The notes: generated by a model from the sequence alone, not told the origin. Counted from the first letter of the stretch, positions 9,867 through 21,608 are shown. The stretch is 64,000 bases of DNA from an uncultured Planctomycetota bacterium (GCA_963845755.1 CAWJTV010000034.1:672001-736000); one strand, 5' to 3'. Numbers and translations are program-made.

Positions 9867-10574
9867 TCAGCCGCGTCGCCTCTTCGTCCACACGCCGAGC
9901 CCCATTACCACGGCGGTCCCGGCCAGCACGAACGAGGAGGGTTCAGGGACGCTCGCGATGCCGATCGTGACGGTTTGGGTCGCGTCAACGGTCGAGATGG
10001 CTTGAAAGGATATGCTGTTGTTAGGGCCGAACGTCCCAGTGACCTGGACGGCGAATCCGTCATTCACAGTATTCGCCGACCCGAGGAATGACACGCTACC
10101 GCCGTTGAACTGGGCGTTGTTGCTCGCCAAAACGGTCAACGCGAGGGCGCCGAAGTTATAAGTGACTTGCGGATCGTCGAAATTAAAGAAAAGGATGGGG
10201 TTTACCACGTTCTGACTCAATGTGAGTGTCTGTACTTGCGGCGTGCCGGCGAACTCGCCGAGGGAAGCCCCTGTGTCGAACGTGGTCCCGTCCGGGGCCG
10301 CAGCCGCGGTGCCGAGGCCCATGCTCCATTCCCGGCCGCCGAAAACCTCGCCTGCGTTGATCGGCCCACCAACCGAGGTGGTGTCGGTCACTGCGATCGT
10401 CCCGCCGGCCAGCGTCCCCGCGCTGGTCCCGTCTTCGCTCGCGTCTGGAGCCCAGTTCACTGTGTCAACGACGCCAGCGGTCCCGACTGTCGGGACGAGA
10501 CCGGACGCAACGGCCAGAAGAAGAGTGGACATAGCCTTCCGCATCGTGAACATCGTCCGTATCCCTTCCATCAA
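9867..10574 (-). CDS. PEP-CTERM sorting-domain protein
   Basis: Signal peptide; C-terminal VPEPSS + TM helix + KRRR. Confidence 0.88.
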   Translation of the reverse strand: MMEGIRTMFTMRKAMSTLLLAVASGLVPTVGTAGVVDTVNWAPDASEDGTSAGTLAGGTIAVTDTTSVGGPINAGEVFGGREWSMGLGTAAAAPDGTTFDTGASLGEFAGTPQVQTLTLSQNVVNPILFFNFDDPQVTYNFGALALTVLASNNAQFNGGSVSFLGSANTVNDGFAVQVTGTFGPNNSISFQAISTVDATQTVTIGIASVPEPSSFVLAGTAVVMGLGVWTKRRRG

Positions 10575-10742
10575 GAAAAGTGGGCTACCAAGGTCCGGGT
10601 ATTAGGCCGAGCGATTCTAATATTTCAATCAGGAAAACACGATGGCCCCGAAATTATGTTGTTTTTTTTCGACATAAGACACTTCGATTTAACTGACGGA
10701 TGCCGGGCATCACCCGAACGGGGGAAATCTGGGGTCAGGGGC

Positions 10743-10948
10743 GAATGGCACTCGGATTTCTGTAACTCGTTGCAAAACAATCAGTTATGTCGTCGATATC
10801 CGCTCGCATTTGTTGCCCTCGCTTTGGGCCATGTTGGGAATCCCCGGGGATTGCGAGAACCATCCCCGCGCACGACTCCGAACAAATGCGGTAACAATCG
10901 ACGAAACTCTTCTCATTACAATACTTTGCAAAAATCCGAGTGCCATTC
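10743..10948. mobile_element. MITE-like 206-bp element with IS4-type ends
   Basis: IRs GAATGGCACTCGGATTT at both ends; share AATGGCAC with the nearby IS4 IR; no internal gene; no TSD seen. Confidence 0.7.
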
Positions 10949-11551
10949 AGAACTGCTCTGCTCTGAAACCTTGGCGACGGGATCGGACCCGCTCTGCGCA
11001 ACACCCCCACCCAAGGCTCCCGCCTCGCATAGGAACGCATGCATACAAGACGATTCCAAAGGTCGATATCGGTCCGCTCTGTGGCCAGGCCATCTCGAAC
11101 CGTTGGCCTAGCCAGCGGGGTCGACCGGATGGCCGCCCCAAAAAGGACCGCGCCACGGGTTGGACATCGGGGAGAGACAGCATTCTGCTCGACGTGCACC
11201 ACCGGCCCCGGCGAACGGGCGCGGCGGGCGACAAGTTCGGATACGCCCGAGGTCACTTCGCCAGGCTGACACGCGGGCTCGAAGCACCGGTTTCATTACG
11301 GCGTAAGACCCATGCGCGGTCGCTCTGCAGGATACCAGAGACCGACTCCGTTTTCATCGGTTCGGGTGCCGCCACAGCCCTGAGAAATCCGCCCCTCGGG
11401 CGGTAGGCCGGCACGCGGAAGCCGCGTGGATGGCGACCGAGGGCCGGCAAAGGCCGTAAGGGGACGGGCTCGAAGGCGGCTTCGAGTGCGACCGCTATCA
11501 GACCCTGAAGAACCCGGCTGAACCTGGAACACGCCCACCCGCCACCGGCGG

Positions 11552-13028
11552 CTAACTGCTGTCCAGTCGGATCTGGATCGGCCCGGCTCCGGCCGGCTCG
11601 AAGACCTCGTCCGGCCAGTGTCGAAACCGCAGGCTCTCCAACAATCGTTGCGCCATGTTCTTCAACGAGCCGAACAGCTCCACGGCCGTTCGCTTCCCCT
11701 GCTCTTGGGCCAGGTGCCGCAACAGGCTCCCCTTCTCCACCAGTTGCAACAGCAGATGGGCGATCTGCAACAGGAAATAGTAGGCCGGCCAGCATCTGTG
11801 GCTGTAGGCATGTTCCAGGTTCAGGCCACTGTTCTTCTGGGTGTTAAATCCCTCGTTCTCCTCGCGCCAGCGTGCCCTCCCTCCGTTGGTCGCTACTTCC
11901 ACCACAGTCTCGTGGCTCAAATCCAGAGAGGTCACCCACGACCATTCCGTCTGCTTTCCCTCCTTGCCCGTCTCGGTGCACTCCAGAGCGTTGATGGTCC
12001 AGTCCCGACCATCACTGTCCCTGTAGTGCAGGCCGTTGATCCAGCGATAGACCTGCCGGACCCCTTGCGGCGTCATCCGTTCCACGCGCTGGTCGGGACA
12101 CAACCGCAGCAACCCCTGGAAATCCTCCCAGAGGGCGGGAAGTCGTCCAGGCTGAAACGTGTAAATGTAGTCGCATCGATAATCTTTGGCGACCTGGAAT
12201 CCTTCTCCGCAGGCATACAGGCCGTCACCGCCGAGGCAAATCCGCAACTGCGGGAACTCGATCCGCAACTTCTCCACCAGGCGTCGCAAGCGCCTTCAAC
12301 TCGCAATCCTGCTTGATCCGTTCCGCGCTGGCACCCGCTGGGGCACTGGCGACGTCGTGGTTGTCGATGAACTCACTGGCGATCGAGATGACCGTGCCGG
12401 CCGGCCCCAGCACCTTGGCCTCCAGCACCTGGTGCATATATAGCGTCGTCTCACCGTGCCGCTGGGTCAGGCAATCGTCGCAATGCCGGGAGTGAAACAC
12501 CAGATAGCCCGAGCCGTCAATCAAGACGACGAACCGCCCCTGCAGCCGCGCCGCGTCCAGAGCCTTCATGCGGATCAACCGCTGGACCATCCGCTGCCGC
12601 AACCCGGCGATGGGGTCGGGGCCGATTTTCCCCAGGAAGTACTCCAAGGTCTGGTTCACCGGCCGGCTCTCTTGCACCGTACCCGCCAGACGATTGAGAT
12701 TGGGCAGGACCTCCGGGCCGTCGGTGTTCAACTGGTAGTCCAGTTGGCGCCGGCTGCTCAACTTGCACAGGAACAAACTCAGCCCCCACCACAGCAGGAA
12801 CCGCTTGTGGTAGATCACCAAGGGGGCAAACCGCGGGTCATCGATCGCATCGATCCAGGTGTTGAGATCGGGGAAGAAGTGACCCAGGGTTCGCACCAGG
12901 ATAGGTCCGATGTTCAGCGTCGTCCCCGCCGCCGCTTTCGGTGCGAGACGTGGCCCTGGATCAAGGCCAGGGTCAACTGGCTGATTTCGTGGATCAGGCC
13001 TTTGAGACGTTGGTGTTCTTGCACCCAT
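11552..13028 (-). CDS. DDE transposase, ISAs1-like (frameshift near 12290)
   Basis: IDDPR, LIDGSG, KQDCELKA, GGDGLYA, GRARWREENEGFN motifs across ORFs 12225-13028 and 11552-12289. Confidence 0.82.
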
Positions 13029-13270
13029 TCTTGGACCTCCGTGAGCAGGTCCTGGGGCACATACACCGTGCGAGTCTTACCCCCCTCCGAGAAGGTGAGG
13101 TGGTGGGCGGAGTGCAACGGGCCACCGTGGTGGCAGGCGCAGGAGGGCTGGCCGCAACGTTTCTGCACCTGGGCCAGGCTGGCCGCCAGGAGCGGCCCAG
13201 CCGGAGCCAGTTGCTTGAGGCGGCGGTCGAGCATCCGACGGACCAGCGTGGGGTGGCTCGGCACATGCAT
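12914..13270 (-). CDS. DUF6788-like IS accessory protein
   Basis: KRCGQPSCACHHGGPLH...GKTRTVYVP Cys/His motif typical of small IS-associated proteins; overlaps the transposase start. Confidence 0.72.
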   Translation of the reverse strand: MHVPSHPTLVRRMLDRRLKQLAPAGPLLAASLAQVQKRCGQPSCACHHGGPLHSAHHLTFSEGGKTRTVYVPQDLLTEVQEWVQEHQRLKGLIHEISQLTLALIQGHVSHRKRRRGRR

Positions 13271-13609
13271 CGATGGGCCCCTGGAACTTCCGGTAAGTGG
13301 ACCTTATACCGGGAAAGGCCCGAAAAGTCATGAGGTGCGAAGAAAAAAATTGAGGGCCTAGGATGGTCGGGCGCTTCAACAGAGGTTCTACTCGGGACTT
13401 ACGCTGCCGTCAAGGTGCGACAAATTCCCCAATTCCTCAGACTGGTGCCGCCAGAATGGCGACATGTCGGCTGACACCATTTATCGTTTGGCCTGCCCCC
13501 CGTTACTGGGCGCGGCATCGGTGAACTCGACGCCGCGCCCCTTGTTGCCCGGGGGCAGGCTGCCGGCGGCGGTAGCGGTCCCGCCGTTGATGTCGTGATC
13601 CGCGTTGCC

Positions 13610-13885
13610 CTAGACGACGTTGGTCCCAGCGTGGTTGCCCACCACGGCGGGGGTCCCGATGTGGTTGCCCACCGCGGAGTTGGTCCCAGCGTGGTTTCCC
13701 ACCACGGCGTTGGTCCCAGCGTGGTTTCCCACCACGGCGTTGGCCCCGATGTGGTCGCCCGAGATGACGGCGAACGTGGAAAGGAGTTCACGACCTTCAA
13801 GGGCCTCGACCAGGGGTTGACGGTTGGGCAGAGGGCGGCGGGTCATGCGGACAGTCTGGCGGCCGAAGAATCGCGATAACAGCAT
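13610..13885 (-). CDS. Small LEPR-XLL-leader protein with 10-aa GNH(A/I)G repeats (possibly truncated by a TAG)
   Basis: Arg-rich leader ending VEALEGRELLS, then VVGNHAGTNA-type repeats; GGAG RBS. Confidence 0.7.
   Translation of the reverse strand: MLLSRFFGRQTVRMTRRPLPNRQPLVEALEGRELLSTFAVISGDHIGANAVVGNHAGTNAVVGNHAGTNSAVGNHIGTPAVVGNHAGTNVV
13621..13770. repeat. Five tandem 30-bp coding repeats
   Basis: Unit ~tggtcccagcgtggtttcccaccacggcgt. Confidence 0.9.
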
Positions 13886-14163
13886 TGTCGTAGTCTCCAA
13901 ACGTGGCGGACGATGATCGGGAGGCCGGGGCGTCCACCGCCTCGACCCTTCGCCCGATCGGGGTCGTACTTCTGCTTCTTGCCCGGGTCTTCTCAGTTGC
14001 GCAACCCGAGTGCTTCCGTACCGGTGAGATAAGCAGCGCCGGCGATCCGTGACGCGGAACTTCGAGTTCGAGTCGAACGGATCGGCCGCGACCGCTGTCG
14101 CTTCGTCGGGTCTCATCGTCGTGGCAATGGGGCCGCCTCACACCGGAATCTTGTCGAGAGGCC

Positions 14164-14886
14164 TCAGCGCTTCTTCAACGCTTCCTGGATCTTGGCCACG
14201 GCCGCGTCGATCTGCGCCAGGGCAGCCCCGTGATGGGGAGGGGCGCCTTTCGCTGACAACTCCTCCCGCACGGTCCGCAACGGTCCGAGGGTGTCGCGGA
14301 GGATCGCGTCCGATTTTGCCTGTGTCATACCACCGGATTTACCGCTCGCACCCGGATCCGCTGCGTGCAAATTGTGGAGTGCGCTCCGCACGTGTTCGAG
14401 CGCTTCGTGGCGTTGGTTGTCGTAATCATGATCGGCCCGGTGGAGGTTCGCGACGACCTTGTGCAGGGTCTCGACAATCCGCTTCTCCTGCGGCGTGTGT
14501 TCGTGCTTCTTTTCGGCTTCCTTCTTGCGGTGCTCTACCGCCTGCTTCTTTTTCTCCTGCAGTTCGTGCTCACGTTTCCTCTCGGCCTCCTTCTTGCGGT
14601 GCTCTTCCTCCTTCTTCCTCTGGAGTTCGTGCTCGCGCTTCTTCTCGGCCTCCTTCTTGCGGTGCTCTTCCTTCTTCTTCTGGAGTTCGTGCTCGCGCTT
14701 CTTCTCGGCCTCCTTCCTGCGGTGCTCTTCCTCCTTCTTCTTCTGGAGTTCGTGCTCGCGCTTCTTCTCGGTCTCCCTCCTGGTGTGTTCGGCCTGCGCC
14801 TTGGGGTGCTGGGCGCCGGCCGGACTGACCCCGAACGCAGCACTCATGAACAACGAAGCAATCGCCACTGTAATCATTCGCCTCAT
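14164..14886 (-). CDS. Secreted His/Glu/Lys-rich repeat protein with C-terminal DHDY helical domain
   Basis: Signal peptide ending AGA; ~21-aa HELQKKKEEEHRKKEAEKKRE repeats; AGGAGG RBS. Confidence 0.8.
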   Translation of the reverse strand: MRRMITVAIASLFMSAAFGVSPAGAQHPKAQAEHTRRETEKKREHELQKKKEEEHRRKEAEKKREHELQKKKEEHRKKEAEKKREHELQRKKEEEHRKKEAERKREHELQEKKKQAVEHRKKEAEKKHEHTPQEKRIVETLHKVVANLHRADHDYDNQRHEALEHVRSALHNLHAADPGASGKSGGMTQAKSDAILRDTLGPLRTVREELSAKGAPPHHGAALAQIDAAVAKIQEALKKR

Positions 14887-15137
14887 CGCGCTCCTCCTGT
14901 GGTCTGCGCGGCTCGCGCCGCATGAAGAAGGACCGAGTCCGCCGTCTGGCCGCTGCTATTGATCAGGTTGATTGCCGCGTAGGTCTTGGTCGCCAGCAGG
15001 ATGCGGTCCTCCATGCCCTCGAACCGGAACAGGGCGCCACGCCGGAACACTCCCCGTGAAGGGCGGTTTCTGCCGCGAAAGAAGCCCGACAAGGCCGACC
15101 AAAGTGGGTGCCGGCGAATCGATCGCATCAGATTCAT
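14883..15137 (-). pseudogene. Short or truncated LEPR-XLL-leader ORF
   Basis: Arg-rich leader + FEGMEDRILLA, followed by only ~35 aa. Confidence 0.5.
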
Positions 15138-15814
15138 TCCTCGATGGTGTGTCCGCTGGCGCAGCAGCGTCTATCCCGACGTTCGCGACGATCCATCCTG
15201 ATAGGAGCCTGAGGTACAGATCTGATGACACCGGGCGTGGGTTCCGGTCAGATCGGTGCCCTTGAAAACGCCTTCGTCGCACGCGGCACCTACAGGAACT
15301 GCGCCGCGGCCTCAAATCTCCACAGGCCTGGGGACGTTTTTCTCGACCGGCCGGCGCGGCAGCTGACCAACCGAGGAGGCTTTCCGGGATCCAACACCGG
15401 AATTCGCAACCTTCTCTCGCCCATGATTTCCGAACGCCGTGGCCTCGTCGTCCCTTGATGCCAATGGCTTACGTCAACAAGGGTCGGATTCCCGAGCGGC
15501 CGCCGGAGAGAACGCGACCTTCGTCCTGTGGATGTTGCAGGCTCCGGCGCAGTTCTATCCCGAGGAGTCTCGTTCCGACGTCGAGCGAACGGGGCCATCG
15601 ACGGGCCACGCGACACCTGACCTAGCTCATGACGGGTAACGGGTGTCGCTGCCTGGCGTCACCCCACCGCAAGTCGCCATGCGCCGGACGGATGCGGGAC
15701 CGAGCCGAGCCGGCCGCGAATGGGCCGGGCAGGATGAAGGACATCGGAGCGGTTTGTTCGGACTGAGCTGTTCAGTCCGCAGGTGGGATTTTCCTTTTCT
15801 TAGGAGGGTGGCTC

Positions 15815-16513
15815 ATGCAACGCTCGGGTATCATGGGGTTCATTGCTGCTGTCGCGCTGGGGACCATAGCCTCGATGATTCCGTTGCCCTGTCGAGCCGG
15901 GATCGTCGTGGAGACCGAGTTTGGCGTGAACCTTGATGATTGGACTTCGAACACGCCGAGCGAGGTCAAATGGACAAGCAGCGGCGGAAATCCAGGCGGA
16001 TATGCCCGTTTCGAGGACGCCAGTAGCACCGGAACGTATATCGCAGCCCCGGCTAAGTTCCAGCTCGACTACGAGGCGCTCGGCCTCGACGGCTCGGGCG
16101 TTATCTCGTTCGATCACAAGATTTTCGCATCCGGTTCCGGTGACACGTATGCCCCTTACATGATCACCTTATCCGGTCCGAAGGGGATAGCGACCTGGAC
16201 GGGCGATATGCCCGTGGTGACGAACGGCACCACCCCGTGGGTGACGGTCACCGCACCGCTCATCCAGTCGGATTGGACGGTGATGAGTGGCTCATGGTCC
16301 GGCCTGATGGAGAAAGTGTCGGGCCTTGAGATCCAGATGGAGCTTGTCGTCAACCCCTCCGGCACCGGCTCTGACACCGAAGGGATCGACAATGTTATAC
16401 TGGCGACCGTTCCCGAACCGGGCGGCATGACGCTGGCAATCATCGGCATGGCTTCCGTCGGGCTCATGCACCGGCGATGTCAGCGGACGACGCGGCTCGG
16501 CGGTGTCGCTTGA
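15815..16513 (+). CDS. PEP-CTERM protein (laminin-B-like beta domain)
   Basis: Signal peptide, GGNPGGY motif, VPEPGG-TM-RR tail. Confidence 0.85.
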   Translation: MQRSGIMGFIAAVALGTIASMIPLPCRAGIVVETEFGVNLDDWTSNTPSEVKWTSSGGNPGGYARFEDASSTGTYIAAPAKFQLDYEALGLDGSGVISFDHKIFASGSGDTYAPYMITLSGPKGIATWTGDMPVVTNGTTPWVTVTAPLIQSDWTVMSGSWSGLMEKVSGLEIQMELVVNPSGTGSDTEGIDNVILATVPEPGGMTLAIIGMASVGLMHRRCQRTTRLGGVA

Positions 16514-16640
16514 GCTCCATCGACGCCTCGGCGAGTCCGTCGACCGAGACCGATAGACCCCCGAGCCGGTCACGCGGGACGCACACCGCCATGCGACCCA
16601 CCGGCCGGCGACCGCTCCTCTGACCGTCGGGAGGGAGATC

Positions 16641-17276
16641 GTGCCGAACGAGTCGGATGACGTGGCCGAGCTCCAGCGACGCGTCGAGCAGGGGGACAGC
16701 CAGGCTCTGCTTGCGTTGTTCGCCTGCCATCGCGAACGGTTGAAGCACATCGTCCGGCTGCGGATCGACGACCGCCTCCGGAGGCGGGTCGATCCCTCCG
16801 ACGTGCTCCAGGAGGCGTTCCTCGATATCGCCCGCCGCGCGCCGGATTACGTGGCCGCACCCGCGATGCCCCCGTTCCTCTGGTTCCGCTGGATCGCCGG
16901 GGAGAAGCTCCTGGCCCTGCACCGGCGGCACCTCGGGGCCCGGCTGGGTGGCGCCGGGCTGGAGGTCTCGATCCATCGAGGCGGGTTGCCGCACGCGTCG
17001 TCGGCCTCGCTGGCCGCCATGCTCCTGGGCCGGCTGACCTCGCCGACCCGCGCGGCGCGGCGGTCCGAGGTGCAGCGCAAGATCCAGCAGGCCCTCGACG
17101 CGATGGAGCCCCTCGACCGCGAGATCATCACCCTGCGGCACTTCGAGGAGCTCAGCAACGTCGAGGCCGCCAAGGTCCTGGGCCTCTCGAAGACCGCCGC
17201 ATCCAACCGGTATATTAGGGCGCTGAAGCGCCTCAAGGATGCCATGGGCGGACCCGACGGAGTCCTGGACATCTGA
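16641..17276 (+). CDS. ECF sigma-70 factor (planctomycete kinase-associated type)
   Basis: RRRVDPSDVLQEAF region 2; DREIITLRHFEELSN region 4. Confidence 0.9.
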   Translation: MPNESDDVAELQRRVEQGDSQALLALFACHRERLKHIVRLRIDDRLRRRVDPSDVLQEAFLDIARRAPDYVAAPAMPPFLWFRWIAGEKLLALHRRHLGARLGGAGLEVSIHRGGLPHASSASLAAMLLGRLTSPTRAARRSEVQRKIQQALDAMEPLDREIITLRHFEELSNVEAAKVLGLSKTAASNRYIRALKRLKDAMGGPDGVLDI

Positions 17277-17294
17277 GCCCGAGGTCCCACCGCG

Positions 17295-20200
17295 ATGACG
17301 TCCTCGACGAGTGATGACGCCAACCCGCTGGAGCAGCTTCTCGAGGAGTTCCTCGAGCGGCAACGCCGCGGCGAGCACCCGGCCCTGAGCGAGTACACCG
17401 CCCGGTATCCCGAGCTGGCCGGCGAGATCCGCGACGTCTTCCCGATGCTGGCCATGGTCGAGCTGTTCAAGCCGGGGCCGGCCGAGCTGCCGGGCCCGGC
17501 CTCGTCGGCGGGCCGGAACGGCCTCGGACCGGGGTTCGACCGACTGGGGGACTACCGCATCCTGCGCCCTATCGACGGCGGCGGGATGGGGATGGTCTAC
17601 GAGGCGGAGCGCGAGTCGCTCCAGTGCCGCGTCGCGCTCAAGGTCATGCACCCCGAGTTCCGCACCAGCGCCAGCTACCTGCAGCGGTTCCACAGAGAGG
17701 CCCGATCGGCGGCCCGGCTTGCACCATACGAACATCGTCAGCGTGTTCGACTTCGGCGAGCACGACGGCGTGTGCTACTACGCGATGCAGTATATCGCCG
17801 GCCACGGACTGGACTCGGTGCTCAAGGACGTGCGCCGGCTCCGCCGCGCCAAGCTCGGCGCGGCGTTCGCTGGGCCGTCGGATGAGGACGAGCCCTCGCC
17901 CGATCGCTCGCGGCGGACGGTGACGCTGGGCCTGCTGACCGGCCGGTTCGCGGCCGAGCCGTCATCCGGGGTACCGGAGACCGCCACCTCGGTGGGATCG
18001 GAGATCGAGGGCACCGACAAGCCCGGGCGTCCGACCGGGCCGGAACCGCCGCGGGACGGGGCCTTGGGAAGCTCGACGATCGGCCCGGGCACGACCGGCG
18101 AATCATCCTCGTCCCAACTGGCCGGGACGACCGAGGACCTCTACCATCGCGAGGCTGCCCGGATCGGGGCCCAGGTCGCCGACGCCCTGGATTACGCCCA
18201 CCGCCGCGGCGTGCTCCACCGCGACATCAAGCCCTCCAACCTCCTGCTGGACGCCGTGGGCAACGTCTGGGTCACCGACTTCGGCCTGGCAAAGTTCACC
18301 GAGGGCGAGGACCTGTCACGGTCGCAGGACCTGGTCGGTACGCTGCGGTACATGGCACCCGAGCGGTTCCGGGGGGCCTCCGATCGCCGGTGCGACGTCT
18401 ATGCCCTGGGCGCGACGCTCTACGAGATGTTGACCCTCCGCCCGGCGTTCGAGGGCCAGGACCAGCTCCAACTGATCGAGCGGATCGCGCATGAGCCGCC
18501 GGTCCCGCCCCGCCAGATCGACCGCCGTATCCCCCGCGACCTGGAGATGATCGTACTCAAGGCGATGGCCAAGGACCCCGGCGACCGCTTCGCCACGGCG
18601 CGGGAGATGGCCGAGGAGCTGAAGTTGTTCCTCGACAACCGGCCGCTGACGCTGCGATCCGTGCCGGCGCACGATCGGCTCTGGCGATGGTGCAAGCGGA
18701 ACCCGTGGCTGGCCACGTCCACCGCCACCGCGGTCGCGCTGTTGACGCTCCTCGCCATCGTCTCGACCGTCGCGGCCTTCGTCGTCTACAACAGTAACCA
18801 GCAGTTCGTCCTGGACAATCGGAGAATCCAGCAGGCGGTCGCGCAGCTCTCGGATGGCCTGCAAGCCGAGGCTCGCGCCGGCCGCTTCAGCCGACAGATC
18901 GGCCAGCGATTCGACGGCCTCGACACGCTGGCCAAGGCGGCCGGGATCGTCAGGGACCTGAAGCTGCCTCGCGGGCGGTTCGATTCCCTGCGCGATGACG
19001 CGATCGCCTGCCTGGCGCTGCCGGACCTCAAGCCGATCGGGCGGGACATCACGTTGCCGGAAGGCGCGTTCGCGTTCGCCTTCAACGCGGCCATGACCCG
19101 CTATGCGATCCGGTTCCGTGACGGGACGATCGAGGTGCGTCGTGTCACCGACGACCAGGTGACCGCCCGTTTCCCAGCCCGCGGTGATCGCGAGATCTTT
19201 GTCTTCGGCTTCAGCCCCGACGGCCGGTACCTGGCGACGACGGAACAGCCAGGCAGTGCCCTGGCCGTCTGGGACATCGATCGGGGCACCCGCGCCGTGA
19301 ACGACCTGGGCGAGACACGCTCGGATTCGGCCCGATTCAGCCCGGACAGCCGGCGGATGGGTGTGCTTCACACGGACGGATGGCTTGTCGTACACGACCT
19401 GGCGACCGGCCAGCCGAGCTGGCGATGGCAAGTGCCCTGGCCGTTGGATCTGGCCTTCCGTGCCGACGGGCGCGAGGTCGCGATCCTGTATGCCGATGAA
19501 CGCAGGAATCTCGTCTGCCTCATTTCTGAGGCGGAAACAGGCCGCTCCATCCGGTCGTTCCCGCTGCCAACAATCAAAGGGACCGCGATCGCCTGGAGTC
19601 CCGACGGCGCTGCCATGGCGATCTCCGACGGTGATCGGAAAATCTATCTCTGCGACACCGCGACCGGCACGCTGAAATCGGCCTTCGAAGGCTTTGCCAG
19701 CGGCGGGATCCGTACAGCCTTCCACCCCGCCGGCACCCTGCTGGCAAGCAATGGGTGGGAAGGGCGGCTGCGGCTCTGGGACCCGGTCCTGGGCCGACCC
19801 TGGCTCAGCGTGACGGGCGGATGGAGTTCGCAGGGATTCGGCCAGGACGGACAAATCGTCCTTCATTCTGAGGGCAAACTGTCCACATATCAGGTCGATC
19901 CGGCGCTGGAATACCGGACGTTTGCCCATGCCTCGAGCGAGACGATCGATTATGCACGTCCGTCGATCCGGCGCGATGGCCGGCTGCTGGCCGTGGGCAC
20001 GGACAAGGGCGCGGCGGTCTGGGACCTGGCCCGGGGTACGGAACTCGCGTTCCTGCCGATCGGCAATGCGTGGCATCTGATGTTTGAGGCGTCGGGCGAC
20101 TTGCTGACGAACGGGTCGGAGGGCGTGCAGCGGTGGCCGGTCCGGCTCGACACCAGCCGCGGTGAATTCCGGATCGGTCCGCCGCGCCGGTTCCCGTTGC

Positions 20201-21608
20201 CGGCGGGAAGTTGTGCGATCGACGCGGACCGGACAGGTCGGATCGTCGCCGTGGCTCATTCCAAGAATGCCTTTGTCGCGAGCCCGAGCGAGACGATCCG
20301 CGTGGGGCCCCTGGACGATTGCCGCTCTATTGCCATCAGCCCGGACGGAAGATGGTTGGCAACCGGCAGTCATGTAACGGGCGGCGTACAGGTCCGGCGC
20401 GTCGCCGATCCCACGGCGGTGATCGAACTGAGAAGCGCTGAAGGTGCCAGGTTGCACTTCAGCCCCGATGGGAAGTGGTTGATGACGGGCGGTGCGCCAT
20501 GCCGCCTCTGGAGGGTCGGCACCTGGCGCGAGGCGTTGCAACTCGGCGGCGACGGCCTTTGTTTTTCGGCCGACGGCCGCCTGGTAGTGGTCGCCGAGCA
20601 GAGCCGAGCCCTTCGCCTGGTCGAGACCGAGACCGGCCGCACGCTCGCGCGACTCGAGAGCCCCGACCAATGCGGCGTGGCATCCGCCACATTCAGTCCC
20701 GACGGGTCGCGGTTGGTTCTGACCACCAACGAGCCGGGGGCCGTGCACGTGTGGGACCTGCGGGCTATCCGCAAGCGGCTCGCCGAGATCGGACTCGACT
20801 GGGATGCGCCCGCCTATCCCGATGACGATCCGGCTGACCCATCGGCACCACCCTTCACGCGTGTGCAGACCATCACCCTCGACGATGCGTTTGCCGCGGC
20901 GGAGAAGCTGGCCCAGGACGGCCGATGGGAGGAGGCGGCCGCTGCGCATGCTCGGCTCCTTTCCGACCTGGCACCGGAATCCCCTTATTACTGGTTCAGG
21001 GACGCCATCTTGCGGCTGGCGGTGGACGATGCGGCAGGGTACCGCTCGAACTGCCGACACATGCTCGACATGCTCCGCGACCCCGACTCGATTCTGTGGA
21101 AGGTGTTCGGATCGGCTGCGTGCGTCCTCGCCGACAACGACCCAGCCGTGAACGCGCAGAGGGTGCCCCTCGCCGAGTGGCGCTTCGGGTACTGTCCCGA
21201 CTTCTGGACCGAGTTCGCCTTGGGTCTGGCCCTCTACCGCGACGGCCGGTTTGCCGGCGCCAAGGTCCGACTCATGAGCAACCTCGCCCGCGATCCCGCC
21301 TGGGATTTCCATGCCCTGAACTGGGCGGTCCTGGCCATGGTCGAGCAAAAGCTCGGCCGATCCGGCGAGGCCCGACGCTGGCTGGAGCGGGCCGAGGCGC
21401 TGGGTCGTCGCCCGTCTGACCGGCCGACCAGGCGGAGTCGATCGCGCCGGCGCGGAAAACTGGCCGTGGGACGTCGGCATCCTCCTGCACCTACTGCTCC
21501 GCGAGGCCCGCGCCCTTCTCGGCGCGGGCCTGCCGGACCTGCCCGCCGACGTCTTCGCTCCCCCCGGAGCGAGAGTTCAAGAGAACCTTTAGGCGGCCGC
21601 CGTGTTAG
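17295..21608 (+). CDS. Ser/Thr protein kinase with TM segment, WD40 repeats and TPR-like C-terminus (frameshifts near 17720 and 21400)
   Basis: GGMGMVY, VALK, HRDIKPSN, DFGLAK, GTLRYMAPE; FSPDG repeats; LPADVFAP tail. Confidence 0.9.

Larger units (their letters stand above)
11375..13444 (-). mobile_element. ISAs1-like insertion sequence carrying a small accessory ORF
   Basis: 9-bp direct repeat GTGCCGCCA at 11366-11374 and 13445-13453; imperfect CAG...CTG ends (cagccctgagaaat / cagtctgaggaat). Confidence 0.8.

Noticed and set aside
13621..13770. 30-bp repeats as a CRISPR array
   Set aside because: Directly tandem without unique spacers, in-frame coding, and no cas genes in the window
18316..21480. 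1054-aa antisense ORF and other long shadow ORFs (e.g. 22469-24277, 57029-58567)
   Set aside because: They lie opposite well-supported genes in high-GC DNA and show no recognisable motifs
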